Source of the DNA: Nitrospina sp.
GTDB lineage: Bacteria > Nitrospinota > Nitrospinia > Nitrospinales > VA-1
Assembly (NCBI GenBank): GCA_018673915.1
Contig: JABHBK010000067.1
Span: forward strand, 123,292 to 187,291
DNA: 64,000 bases
Reading direction: 5' to 3'
Of the stretch, positions 25,324 through 35,438 are shown in pieces (positions within the stretch are counted from its first letter, which is position 1; every line of letters starts with the position of its first letter). The notes beneath the pieces were generated by a model. That model saw only the letters and a program-made list of their open reading frames with translations. It did no database searches and was not told the origin of the DNA. The translations under genes and the position numbers were made by a program.

Positions 25324-25573
25324 GATTCAGCATGTTCTGCAACCCTTTATTTTTGCAGCCTCCAGACTGCCTTAAATTTTGTTGCGGCTTAATCTCCAAA
25401 ATCTTGAGCTTTTTAATGCTTTTCTGTTGAAAACATTAAATATTGGTCGTGTTTGAGGTGCATGGGATTAATATTAGGCCTAAAATTGGTAGGTTTGATG
25501 GTATAAATTTCCGGGGACTCTTATATTAGTCAGGATAGGAATCCATTTTTTAACATTTTTACTCCGGGAAACT

Positions 25574-25786
25574 ATGATTAGGAAAGCTTTAAAGGTAGAG
25601 GGAATGACTTGTCAGCATTGTGTGCAAACGGTGAGTGAAACAGTAGGTAAGATGGCAGGGATACAAAAAGTGGAGGTAAATCTCGAACAAAAACTAGTAA
25701 ACGTAGAGTTTGAGGAATCCTTATCTACAATAGATGATATCTCTGCTCAGATTGTTGAAGCAGGATTTGAGATAGTCGAAGATTAG
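25574..25786 (+). CDS. copZ: heavy-metal-associated domain copper chaperone
   Basis: 70 aa with the GMTCQHC metal-binding motif. Confidence 0.85.
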   Translation: MIRKALKVEGMTCQHCVQTVSETVGKMAGIQKVEVNLEQKLVNVEFEESLSTIDDISAQIVEAGFEIVED

Positions 25787-25816
25787 CAACGCCATGTAAG
25801 AGGGGTCGTTTTTTGC

Positions 25817-27028
25817 CTACGAATTCATTTTGCCAATTTTAACTTGAAGAATCTTTTCATGCCCATCCCTCAAAATTTTGATGGGAACAACTTTTCCAAT
25901 AGTGGTGTCTGCAACCAGCTTTTGAAAATATTTTAAGCTGGAAATAATTTTACTATCAAACTGGATGATAATATCGCCTCGAAGCATTCCTCCAAACTGG
26001 GCTGGAGTTTTGCTCTCAACACTATTTACCAAGACTCCATCCGGTTTATCCAAGTTAAAAGTGTTTGCCAATTCTGGAGTCATATTTTGAATTCCAATTC
26101 CCAACCATCCTCTGTCTACTGAGCCCTTGTGGATCAACTGATCGCCCACTTTCAGGGCCATTTCCACTGGAATTGCAAAACCTACTCCGGAACCGATAGC
26201 CGCCACGGCTGTATTAATACCTACAATCTGTCCATCCAGGTTAATCAGGGGGCCTCCGCTGTTCCCAGGATTGATGGAAGCATCGGTTTGAATAAAGTTT
26301 TCAAAGTGGCTGATACCCAAGTCAGTGCGGCCTGTTCCACTAATCACGCCCACAGTGACTGTTCCCTCCAATCCATAGGGATTGCCAATAGCCATTACCC
26401 ATTCACCAACGTTTAATTTACTGGACTGTCCAAATTCTGGTTCCGGAAGTCTTCTCAGGGTTGAAATTTTGAGAACTGCAAGGTCGGTATAAGTATCGTA
26501 GCCGAGGAGTTTGGCAAAATATTCTTTCCCATCAGACAATTTGATAAGAATTCTATCGAGTTTTTCAACGACATGGTAATTGGTTAATATATAGCCGTCG
26601 GAATCCAGAATGATACCGGACCCCACATTTTCGACCGAAAACCTTTTACTCTTCAGGTTTTGAGCAAACCAGTTCCTGATCATTGCATACCAGGGTTTTG
26701 AGTCGCTGTTGTGAGGATCATACCAGGATGATTTTTCTATCAATTCCTTGACCTTATTCACACTGACTACAGAAGGTTTTATTGTTTTTGCATTGCGAAT
26801 GAACGCTTTCTGTAAATCCAATAAATTTTTATATTCCTGGCTATCTTCGAGGCTTCCGGGGGTCGCCTTGACTGACGAGGATGGGATAAATTCTATCCAA
26901 AAATCTTTGGTATTGAATAAGACAAAAGCAATTATCAAGCAACACCATGCAAGAGGTCTCCAGTAGTTATGATTTTTGGGTTTTGAGTCAACCATGTTTG
27001 CAACCGGTATAAATGGTCGTAATGCCAA
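25817..27028 (-). CDS. HtrA/DegP-family serine protease with PDZ domain
   Basis: N-terminal TM anchor. Catalytic triad context TNYHVV, TDLAVLK and GNSGGPL, followed by one PDZ domain. An alternative start at 26995 would reduce the overlap with ubiE. Confidence 0.88.
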   Translation of the reverse strand: MALRPFIPVANMVDSKPKNHNYWRPLAWCCLIIAFVLFNTKDFWIEFIPSSSVKATPGSLEDSQEYKNLLDLQKAFIRNAKTIKPSVVSVNKVKELIEKSSWYDPHNSDSKPWYAMIRNWFAQNLKSKRFSVENVGSGIILDSDGYILTNYHVVEKLDRILIKLSDGKEYFAKLLGYDTYTDLAVLKISTLRRLPEPEFGQSSKLNVGEWVMAIGNPYGLEGTVTVGVISGTGRTDLGISHFENFIQTDASINPGNSGGPLINLDGQIVGINTAVAAIGSGVGFAIPVEMALKVGDQLIHKGSVDRGWLGIGIQNMTPELANTFNLDKPDGVLVNSVESKTPAQFGGMLRGDIIIQFDSKIISSLKYFQKLVADTTIGKVVPIKILRDGHEKILQVKIGKMNS

Positions 27029-27767
27029 AAGTTAATTCCTTAAAATTAACCGAGTCGAAACCATGTTCTTTTAAAATGGAAGCAAATGCCTCTCCCTTGG
27101 GAAAGCTCTCGACAGAATCAGGAAGATAGGAATATGCGTCCTTGTGGCGAGAAATCAAACGCCCGAGAACAGGCAAAACTCTCCCAAAATATTGTCGGTA
27201 AAACCATTGTAATAAACCATTCTGAGGAAATGAAAACTCTAGAATCACAATTTTACCCTGTGGTTTTAAAACCCGGTGAATCTCTCGAATCCCAAGATTT
27301 ATATCAGAGAAATTTCTGGCTCCAAAAGCGGAAATCGCACCATCAAAACTGTTACTTTTAAGAGGCAGGCTTTCTGCCGCACCGGGGACTAATTGAATCG
27401 ACGATTGCCTGCCTCTGGCAGCCACCTTTTTTGTGCCCAGTTGAAGCATGGTGGTACTGAAATCAATACCGATGACACGAGAGGTATCTCGCAAAGCCAA
27501 CTCCAAGGCAATATCAGCGGTTCCCGTTGCAACATCCAGAAAAACGCGGTTGGCTACAGGTTCCAGTTCATCGACTGCTATTTTTCGCCAGTACTTATCA
27601 CATCCTGCACTCAAAAGCCTATTGAGAAAATCGTATCGGGGCGCAACAGCGTTGAACATATCGCGAATTGGATTTGCCCTGTCCGCTGAAATTTCATAAG
27701 CTTGTTTTACTTGAGAAGGCAATCTGCACCCAAAATATTGATTTATATATAGGTAAAAGTTTAGCAT
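26988..27767 (-). CDS. ubiE: demethylmenaquinone/ubiquinone methyltransferase
   Basis: MFNAVAPRYDFLNRLLSAG...WRK, the SAM motif LDVATGTADIA, and the C-terminal LTFGITTIYTG are UbiE/MenG hallmarks. Confidence 0.88.
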   Translation of the reverse strand: MLNFYLYINQYFGCRLPSQVKQAYEISADRANPIRDMFNAVAPRYDFLNRLLSAGCDKYWRKIAVDELEPVANRVFLDVATGTADIALELALRDTSRVIGIDFSTTMLQLGTKKVAARGRQSSIQLVPGAAESLPLKSNSFDGAISAFGARNFSDINLGIREIHRVLKPQGKIVILEFSFPQNGLLQWFYRQYFGRVLPVLGRLISRHKDAYSYLPDSVESFPKGEAFASILKEHGFDSVNFKELTFGITTIYTGCKHG

Positions 27768-27875
27768 CCCTTTTTATCCCGCACAAGAAAGACTTGGGCT
27801 GGAAAAAGAAGATAAATGATTGTGTTATAAAATTAAGAGGTATTAGCACCTTATGTCTTGTTATGGAGTCACTTT

Positions 27876-28424
27876 ATGAAAACGGTTTTGGTTCTTCTGG
27901 CCCCAGGCTTCGAGGAAATAGAAACGATCACGGTTGTGGATATACTACGACGTGCAGGAGCCAAGGTGACACTTGCGGGAACTGAGCAAGGGCCTCTTGT
28001 CGGTTCAAGAGGGATTAACGTATTGTCGGACGATTTGCTTGAAAATGTATTGGAAAAGGAGTTTGACCTGATTGTATTACCTGGAGGGCAACCCGGTACC
28101 GACAACCTTAAAAACGATGTGCGGGTTTCCCAACTGCTAAATAAAATGGATAGCTTGGGCAAGAATATTGCCGCCATATGCGCGGCCCCGCTGGTTTTAA
28201 AGAATGCGGGAGTTTTAGGGAATCGCTGTGTTACCAGCCATCCATCTGTTAAAAACGGTATGGAGGGAATCTCCTATTCGGATGAAAGGGTTGTAGTCGA
28301 TGGGCATATCATCACAAGCAAATCTCCGGGCACTGCTATGGAGTTTTCTCTTAAACTGGTGGAAATACTTTTTGGCCCGGAACGGAGGGACGTTGTGAAT
28401 AAAGGAGTCCTGGCAAATATATAA
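27876..28424 (+). CDS. DJ-1/PfpI family protein
   Basis: MKTVLVLLAPGFEEIE... and the nucleophile elbow AAICAAP. ATG at 27876 lies 7 nt after GGAG. Confidence 0.85.
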   Translation: MKTVLVLLAPGFEEIETITVVDILRRAGAKVTLAGTEQGPLVGSRGINVLSDDLLENVLEKEFDLIVLPGGQPGTDNLKNDVRVSQLLNKMDSLGKNIAAICAAPLVLKNAGVLGNRCVTSHPSVKNGMEGISYSDERVVVDGHIITSKSPGTAMEFSLKLVEILFGPERRDVVNKGVLANI

Positions 28425-28537
28425 TGGCCTGTATAGGGTCAAAAAAATCTGAAACTTTTTTGTAGAGACCTCATCTAAGTATTCGAATGCTAAAGTTACG
28501 CATCATCTATTTATTAGTTTGAGCGAGGCAATACTTG

Positions 28538-28762
28538 ATGAACATCTCCTATAATCAGCTTTTAGTCAATAAAAGGCGGGTAAAACGCCGAATAAAGAAA
28601 AAAGCGGCTACGGGTAGTCGTTGCCACCATTGCAGTGGTGCATTTCGGGGATCTGAAGAGGTTGAGTCCTGCCTGATGTGCGGTAGGGAAAAGGGTCATG
28701 TTTGCTCAAATTGTCTGCATGCTCCGATAGAAAGCCAGCAGCAAGAAAAAAAGCTCGCTTAA
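28538..28762 (+). CDS. hypothetical zinc-ribbon-like small protein
   Basis: 74 aa with a basic N-terminus, then CHHC...CLMC...CSNC cysteine pairs. Confidence 0.35.
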   Translation: MNISYNQLLVNKRRVKRRIKKKAATGSRCHHCSGAFRGSEEVESCLMCGREKGHVCSNCLHAPIESQQQEKKLA

Positions 28763-29697
28763 ATAGACATCATTCCCTTAAAAACTGCCTGAGTCTGTCC
28801 ACCCACTCGAATTTGTTGAGTTTTTCCTTCCTGTTTTGAGATTTCCACATTAATGAGTGACGGGCGCTCCATTTCATACCCCTGCTCAATTGTCATGGTG
28901 ATATCTGCATCATTCTTCGCCAGATTAGCCCAATAGGCACCCATAGCTCCCGCAACACTTCCTGTCGCTGGGTCCTCTGGAATACCCAGACCCGGAGCAA
29001 AGGCACGGGAATGAACCGTATTCTCTGTTTTGACCGTTTCCCGGCAAAAGGGGTAAATCATGTCTATGCCTAAAGGTCCCAAAACTTCTTTTAATATCTG
29101 GGGGTTAAGAGCTATTCCCTGCACTGCTTTCAAGGAAATAACTGGGACCAATAATGCCGGAAAACCGGTAGAAACCACCTGAACGGGAAGGGTGCCGTCT
29201 AATTGGTTGACAGATAGACCCAATGCCTTCGCTATACTTTCCGAATGGTTTAGTTCATGGAGTGTTTTGGCTGGAGGGTGCTGCATGAATCCCTTGTCAT
29301 TTTCGGCCCAGACAGGAATTATTCCCGCTTTAAAACTTAATCGTATCGGGTCTGATGTCACCGACCCATTCATTCTAAGAACAAAGGCCGTGCCGAGGGT
29401 AGGGTGGCCAGCAAAAGGAATTTCTCGGCTCGGGGTAAATATGCGCACATCGAAATCCGCCTCATCCTTAGTAGACGGATAGACAAAGGTGGTCTCGGAT
29501 AAATTCATTTCCCGGGCAACCTGTTGCAATTGGTTTTCCTGAAAACATTCCCCTTTAGTAAAGACCGCTAATGGGTTCCCTCCAAAAATATGATCGGTAA
29601 AAACATCTACCTGATAAAAAGGTATTTCCATACCACCACTAGCCGTGGAGGCAAAGGGCAATAACTTTCGTTGGCGAGCAAACGTTCGCTCAATCAT
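28759..29697 (-). CDS. PhzF-family isomerase
   Basis: MEIPFYQVDVFT...GNPLAV, SETTFV and IFTP..EIPFAGHPTLG are PhzF-family motifs. The true start is probably the internal ATG at 29631. Confidence 0.85.
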   Translation of the reverse strand: MIERTFARQRKLLPFASTASGGMEIPFYQVDVFTDHIFGGNPLAVFTKGECFQENQLQQVAREMNLSETTFVYPSTKDEADFDVRIFTPSREIPFAGHPTLGTAFVLRMNGSVTSDPIRLSFKAGIIPVWAENDKGFMQHPPAKTLHELNHSESIAKALGLSVNQLDGTLPVQVVSTGFPALLVPVISLKAVQGIALNPQILKEVLGPLGIDMIYPFCRETVKTENTVHSRAFAPGLGIPEDPATGSVAGAMGAYWANLAKNDADITMTIEQGYEMERPSLINVEISKQEGKTQQIRVGGQTQAVFKGMMSI

Positions 29698-29729
29698 GTT
29701 CTTGCCAGTTGCCTAGGGAGGCTCTCCGT

Positions 29730-31619
29730 TTAAGACAGGTTTTTATTGACCCAGGATTTCAATACATAAAGCGCCCAAGGTCTCGACCAGGAAACCTGGC
29801 CCGAAAGAAAATCGTTCCAGACCATTTCAACTGCCTTCTGGGACAAAAGTCCTTCAAGTTGCTGCATCGGAGATAATAACACGGTCTCGATTTCCGGACG
29901 CAAGGCTCCACGCATCCACATCTCAAAAGGAAAGGTGAATCCCATTTTTTTTCTGCGCGAAACAGAATCTGGAACTAAAGACTTCATGCAATCTACCAGT
30001 AGAGGCTTGGCATAACTCTCTCGCGAGTCCTTTTCTTTACCCGGTGTCTGAAACATCAATTCGACCAGGCGATGGTCCATAAAAGGGACCCTGACTTCAA
30101 GGGGGTGCGCCATGCTCATCATGTCTGTATCTCGCAAAAGCATGTTTTGCAGGTAATGGAATGTTTCCAGAAAAGAAATCTGGTTGAACAAGTCCGTACC
30201 ATTTTCTGTAAGCCTTAGGGAACGTTGAAAGCCTTTTTCGATTTCAATTTGAGCCTGGGCACGGTCGGCAAATAAAGCTAAAACAGGTTCCTGGCAAAAG
30301 AGGGCGCGAATGAGAAAATATTCATGGGCCCCGCTCAATTTACCCTGAACCCAGTGGTCTAATTTCATAGCTTGAGTGGGAGAAAACAGGCCCTTAGTCA
30401 AACCGATTCCCCATCGTGCCAACGACTGAGGAATTGCTTTCATTAATTTTTTTCTTTGCAATAATTTGGGGATCAAATGAAATGAAGGATAGCCCCCAAA
30501 CAACTCATCGCCGCCCAATCCGCTCAACACTACTTTTAGTCCCGCCTCATGAGCCGAACGTGATATCAGATAAGTGTTGATGCCATCAATGGTAGGCTGA
30601 TCCATGGCGGATAAAGAAGAGGGCAGGGTTTGCAAAAGCTGGTCTTCGTCCAGACGCATTATTTGATGATTGGTTTTGAATCGATCAGCTATTTCCTGAG
30701 AGAACTGCGATTCGTCAAATTGCTTTTCTGCAAATCCAATCGTCAGAGTAGAGATAGGGTCATCAGAAAATTTGGCCAGGTTGCCCACCACAACACTGGA
30801 ATCGATACCGCCACTTAAGAAAGCCCCCAGCGGTACATCACTGGCGCGTCGGCAATTGATCGCTTCCTCAATAATAGCTTTAGTTTGCTCCTGAATGTCT
30901 GGTGCCGGGGCAATATTTTTGTTGAAAGGATTCCAATATTCTTTTTCCTGCCAATTCCCATTTTTATCGATCCATAAATAATGTCCGGCTTTCAATTCAC
31001 GAACCGAGTCGATCAGGGTCTCGGGAGCACTGGAATGCCCAAACGAAAGATAATTATAAAGTCCGCTCGGGTTAATGGATTTTTGTATGAGACCGCTGGT
31101 GAGGAGAGAACGTAGTTCAGAGGCAAAGGCAAATTGTTTGCCTTGAATATTATAATAAAGCGGTTTGATGCCTAAACGATCACGGGCAATGAATAACGCT
31201 TCTTTCTCGCTGTCCCAGATGGCGAACGAGAACATGCCCAGAAGTTTATCCAGACATTGGACGCCCCAGTTTTCGTAAGCTCTTAATAAAACCTCGGTAT
31301 CCGATTCAGAATGAAATTGGAATTTTCCCGCCAGCTCATTTCTGAGTTCTTTATAATTATAGATTTCACTGTTGGTGGAGACCCAAACCGATTCATCGTC
31401 GTTAGCCATCGGCTGATGCCCGGCCTGAGTCAGGTCGATGATGGAAAATCGCTGGTGACCTAAATGAAGAGTGGGACCATTAGCAACCTCAATGCGCTCT
31501 TCACCCCGGTCATCCGGACCTCTATGCCGCAAAGCATCCAGCATATTACGCAGAACCTTGCCCGAATTTTCTGCCTGGTCGGAGGGGTCAAAGTTGATGA
31601 GGCCAGCAATACCGCACAT
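29730..31619 (-). CDS. asnB: asparagine synthase (glutamine-hydrolysing)
   Basis: N-terminal MCGIAG (Ntn Cys) and the PP-loop motif FLSGGIDSS. 629 aa. Confidence 0.9.
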   Translation of the reverse strand: MCGIAGLINFDPSDQAENSGKVLRNMLDALRHRGPDDRGEERIEVANGPTLHLGHQRFSIIDLTQAGHQPMANDDESVWVSTNSEIYNYKELRNELAGKFQFHSESDTEVLLRAYENWGVQCLDKLLGMFSFAIWDSEKEALFIARDRLGIKPLYYNIQGKQFAFASELRSLLTSGLIQKSINPSGLYNYLSFGHSSAPETLIDSVRELKAGHYLWIDKNGNWQEKEYWNPFNKNIAPAPDIQEQTKAIIEEAINCRRASDVPLGAFLSGGIDSSVVVGNLAKFSDDPISTLTIGFAEKQFDESQFSQEIADRFKTNHQIMRLDEDQLLQTLPSSLSAMDQPTIDGINTYLISRSAHEAGLKVVLSGLGGDELFGGYPSFHLIPKLLQRKKLMKAIPQSLARWGIGLTKGLFSPTQAMKLDHWVQGKLSGAHEYFLIRALFCQEPVLALFADRAQAQIEIEKGFQRSLRLTENGTDLFNQISFLETFHYLQNMLLRDTDMMSMAHPLEVRVPFMDHRLVELMFQTPGKEKDSRESYAKPLLVDCMKSLVPDSVSRRKKMGFTFPFEMWMRGALRPEIETVLLSPMQQLEGLLSQKAVEMVWNDFLSGQVSWSRPWALYVLKSWVNKNLS

Positions 31620-31773
31620 ATAGGGTGGTTTTGAGGACGGAGGTTATAGAAAGGCAAATCCCCTCAATCCCTTTGATAAGAGGGGCTAGGAGGGTTGAAC
31701 TTCTCCCAGGCAAGGCAAATTGTACTATCGGGGTCTGGGGTCAAATAGTCAAGTGTTTTAACTTCTCTAATAA

Positions 31774-32316
31774 GTGGAAAATTCTCACTTTTCAGCTACT
31801 ATAACAAATATGATTTCTTCCTTCGAAAAAATATTGTTCAAGCCTGTTGCGGCTTTGGCAATCATATTAATTTTTATTTGGTTTGTAATAAAAATCCTTG
31901 AGTGGATTGAACGGAACTATATTAAATCCTCTTATTTTCCCTATGTTAAAAAAACTCAATTTTTCAGTGATGATGAAAAGAGATTTTATTATGCACTGGT
32001 GGAAGCGATGGGACCGGAATTTATGGTGTTTTCTAAATGCCGAGTGGTGGATTTGTTGGAGGTCGATTTCCAAAAACATTTCGCGGCATTTAAAAGAGTC
32101 CAGTCCAAACGGGTCGATTTTGTGGTGGTTCGTAAGGGAGATGGTGGATTAGCTTGCGCGATCGTGTTGGGGAATGAATTGCATGAGCGGTTTGCTAAGG
32201 AAAGTTTGTTTTTAGATGAGGTGTTTTCTACCGCCGGGTTACCCTTGATCCGATTTGAGTCCCAGCCGGTTTATTCTGTTGCTGAAATCCAAAAGGCATT
32301 GGTGTCCTGCCTATAA
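31774..32316 (+). CDS. membrane-anchored DUF2726 (nuclease-fold-like) protein
   Basis: One TM segment, then EKRFYYALVEAMGPEFMVFSKCRVVDLL...KRVDFVVV, which resembles DUF2726. The start is uncertain: GTG at 31774 or ATG at 31810. Confidence 0.55.
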   Translation: MENSHFSATITNMISSFEKILFKPVAALAIILIFIWFVIKILEWIERNYIKSSYFPYVKKTQFFSDDEKRFYYALVEAMGPEFMVFSKCRVVDLLEVDFQKHFAAFKRVQSKRVDFVVVRKGDGGLACAIVLGNELHERFAKESLFLDEVFSTAGLPLIRFESQPVYSVAEIQKALVSCL

Positions 32317-32493
32317 ACTGATTCGCTGACTTTGTGAGAGGTTTTATTGCAGGTTCCCATAACATATATTATGTCAACTAGGAATGACTGGGTGTATATG
32401 CCCGTATTTAAAGGGGTTCCCTGCTTATTTTAAAAGGTTAACCATCCTTCGAGAGCCTCAGGATGATAAATTAGGGGTTAGTTGGCCCCGCGC

Positions 32494-33423
32494 CTAGCGG
32501 AGGGAGTCTTTAACTGCTTTGGCGATATGGTTGGCGGACAATCCATATTTTTCGAAGAGTTCGGCACCTGTGCCGGTTTCTGCAAACTGATCTTTCACCG
32601 CAATGCGTTTGAACGGTCTTGAAATCTGCGCATCCAGAAGCACTTCACCCACGGCATCGCCCAAACCGCCAATATGGTTATGATCTTCGGCGGTAATAAC
32701 GGCTTTATGGCTGGAGGCCATTTCTATAACGAGATCACGGTCTATCGGCTTGAGAGTCGAAATATTGACCAGGGTTACATTGATACCGTCTTTTTCCAGC
32801 ATTTCCATAGCTGTCAGGCTTTCCTGAACCATGATTCCGGTAGCAAAAATAACCAGGTCTGAGCCTTTTTTTACCACCCTGCCCTTGCCAATCTCAAACT
32901 TATAGGAACTGTCGAAAATAGCTTTTACTTTTGGCCTTCCCAGGCGGAAATAGGCGGGTCCTTCATAGTCAATCAAAGCTTTGGTAGCTTGAATGGTTTC
33001 TTCCCAATCTGCCGGTTGCACCACGATCATATTAGGCATGGCTCGGGTATAAGCGATATCTACAATCATTTGGGCGCTGGGGCCGTCTTCACCCACTGAA
33101 AGGCCGGTATGTGTGCCGACTAATTTAACGTTGGTGTTGGAATAAGCGATACTGACCAGTACCTGATCCATCGTTCTACCGAGTAGAAAACAGGCGAATC
33201 CGGTAGCGAAGGGAATTTTTCCCGTTGTGGCCAGTCCTGCCGCGGTACAGACCATATCTGCCTCGGCAATGCCCATATTAAAAAATCGGTCGGGAAATTT
33301 ATCACCAAATTTTTTGGAACGAGTGCTGTCACTCACCCCTGCATCGAGAACGACAATTCGGGGGTCGGCGCCCATGTCTACCAGGGCTTGGCCATAAGCA
33401 TCTCGTGTGGGAGCGTCTTTCAT
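32494..33423 (-). CDS. transketolase, C-terminal (pyrimidine-binding) subunit
   Basis: 309 aa. TRDAYGQALVDMG... and FNMGIAEADMV match the transketolase central and C-terminal part. 4-nt overlap with the N-terminal subunit gene. Confidence 0.9.
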   Translation of the reverse strand: MKDAPTRDAYGQALVDMGADPRIVVLDAGVSDSTRSKKFGDKFPDRFFNMGIAEADMVCTAAGLATTGKIPFATGFACFLLGRTMDQVLVSIAYSNTNVKLVGTHTGLSVGEDGPSAQMIVDIAYTRAMPNMIVVQPADWEETIQATKALIDYEGPAYFRLGRPKVKAIFDSSYKFEIGKGRVVKKGSDLVIFATGIMVQESLTAMEMLEKDGINVTLVNISTLKPIDRDLVIEMASSHKAVITAEDHNHIGGLGDAVGEVLLDAQISRPFKRIAVKDQFAETGTGAELFEKYGLSANHIAKAVKDSLR

Positions 33424-34256
33424 TGCAGTTCCTTTATAGCTTTTTCATAATCTTCAGCAGAAGGAGCCACACCATGCCAGGCGGTTTTACCTTCCATGAA
33501 ACTCACACCTTTGCCTTTGATCGTATCCGCAATGATGACACGGGGTTTTTCTGGATGAAGAGGCAGTTGCAGCACTTTCATGATCGCTTCCATATTGTGC
33601 CCGTCAATTCGATGGACGTCCCAATTGAAAGCATTCCATTTATCTTCTAATGGTTCCAGGTCTTTCAGGTCTTTGGTGATATTGTCTTGCGCGACCTTGT
33701 TGTAGTCGACGATGGCAATGAGGTTATTGCTTTTAAATTTATCTGCGGACATGGCGGCTTCCCAAATTTGCCCTTCGTGAAGCTCTCCATCGCCAAGAAT
33801 AACGTAGGTTTTAGAGTCAAAGCCATCCAGTTTGGTTCCCAGAGCTATTCCGTGCGCCACACTAAGACCCTGACCTAAACTGCCAGAGGCAATTTCTATT
33901 CCAGGAGTTTTGGGGTGACCGTGACCGGATAGAAAGCGCGGACTATTTATTTTGCGATAACTATCGAGATCGGACTCGGAGATAAACCCTGCTCTCGCAA
34001 GCACTGAATAATAAATGCCGGATGCATGGCCCTTGCTCAGTAAAAATCGATCTCTTTCGGGATCTTTCGGATTAGTGGAGTCGTATTTTAAAATCCCACC
34101 AAAAAACAGGGCTGTCATTAAATCTGCCGCAGAAAAACTTCCTCCGGGGTGACCTGATCCTGCCTGAAAAATGATTTTAAGAGCCAGCCTTCTTAGTTCC
34201 AAGGCTGTCTTTTCTAGTTCTTGAATATCTGGGGTAGACAAATGAGTTTCGTTCAA
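33420..34256 (-). CDS. transketolase, N-terminal (TPP-binding) subunit
   Basis: 278 aa. GSGHPGGSFS, SKGHA and the TPP motif GDGELHEGQIWEA. Confidence 0.9.
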   Translation of the reverse strand: MNETHLSTPDIQELEKTALELRRLALKIIFQAGSGHPGGSFSAADLMTALFFGGILKYDSTNPKDPERDRFLLSKGHASGIYYSVLARAGFISESDLDSYRKINSPRFLSGHGHPKTPGIEIASGSLGQGLSVAHGIALGTKLDGFDSKTYVILGDGELHEGQIWEAAMSADKFKSNNLIAIVDYNKVAQDNITKDLKDLEPLEDKWNAFNWDVHRIDGHNMEAIMKVLQLPLHPEKPRVIIADTIKGKGVSFMEGKTAWHGVAPSAEDYEKAIKELQ

Positions 34257-34388
34257 AAAAATGTTTTACAGGTATAAAAAATGTGACCTTGCTTATATCA
34301 CACCTTTTTATTTTTGCGAATTGAAAAAAGAATAATTCGTCAGTGCGGAAAGGCTGAATACTGAGGAATAAAAACTACCTGATAAAAA

Positions 34389-35015
34389 TTAAACAGCCTT
34401 GGGTTGCTCAAGAAAGTCATTCGCCAGAGACAAGAGATTCTCAAAGTTAACGGGTTTCGCAAAAAACGAATTGGCCCCGGCTGCAATAACTTCTTCTTCG
34501 GAATACCGTAAGTCTCCTGAAATCGCAATGATCTTTATGTTTTTAGTGCTCTCATCCCCGCGCAGATCCTTACACACCTCAAGACCATTGATGCCGGGAA
34601 GTGTAATATCCAAAACCATTATAGTGGGTTGGAATTGAGCGGCTTTTTTACCTGCCTCCCAACCATCGTAGGCGGTTTCAACAATGAAATCATTTTTCTG
34701 AAATATTTTTTTAAGAAGATCACAAAACTTTCTTTCATCATCCACCACAAGAATTTTGCGTGTAGACTTCTCTTTTTCTTCCTTCTCAAGAATCTCTTTG
34801 ATCATGGATATGGTGTATCCCTTTTTCTGCAGGGCATAAACCTGCTTGCATCGCTCTTCAACCCAAGCGGGATAATAACCAACGATACCCTTCCCTCCGG
34901 GATGCCCCTCTTTTTGAGGATCTGGAAAAAAACGATACTTTTTCTGCCATAACCAAAGGGTTTTACGAGTGATAGGAACCACTTTTAAAATATCAGCCGC
35001 TGTAATTCTTGACAT
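34389..35015 (-). CDS. response regulator with N-terminal MerR/excisionase-type HTH and C-terminal receiver domain
   Basis: N-terminal ITAADILKVVPITRKTLWLWQKK is HTH-like. The C-terminal receiver has KILVVDDERKF and VLDITLPGINGLE, which carries the phospho-acceptor Asp. Confidence 0.7.
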   Translation of the reverse strand: MSRITAADILKVVPITRKTLWLWQKKYRFFPDPQKEGHPGGKGIVGYYPAWVEERCKQVYALQKKGYTISMIKEILEKEEKEKSTRKILVVDDERKFCDLLKKIFQKNDFIVETAYDGWEAGKKAAQFQPTIMVLDITLPGINGLEVCKDLRGDESTKNIKIIAISGDLRYSEEEVIAAGANSFFAKPVNFENLLSLANDFLEQPKAV

Positions 35016-35438
35016 AGTCCTGCTTCCTGTGAAGATAGTTTCTATAAGATATAAATTTTAGTGTGCTGTAGGTTCGCATAAAACATCTCAAATTGCAAAA
35101 TTATATGATAGTAAATGTAAATTCTGTGAACCTCACTCGCCCCGCAAATAATTAAATCAATTAATATCTTTTAAATTAACTAATTTAAGTAACATTGCTT
35201 AAAGCATATTCTAAATATAGTGCTGGATTTCAAACCCTATTGCAAATTAAAAAATTTTAATAGGAAGAAACATATTAAGCCTTCCGCCCAAAAATCCGAT
35301 AAAATATTGATAAATAAACATTTTAGAGGGATATTTTAATCGTCAGATCTGGGGAACCCGGCTTATTTACCGTTTCAATTAGAGAAACCTTTAAATATAA
35401 TAGTTTCTACCCCTTTTCGTTTTGGAGTCCAGCGGTTC

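Noticed and set aside
25325-25365. Sigma28-like element upstream of fliC (minus strand TAAAGGGT...GCTGAATC)
   Set aside because: The -10 part matches GCCGATAA at only about 4 of 8 positions and the spacing is off by one. It is not convincing, and the sigma54-like candidate was listed instead at low confidence.
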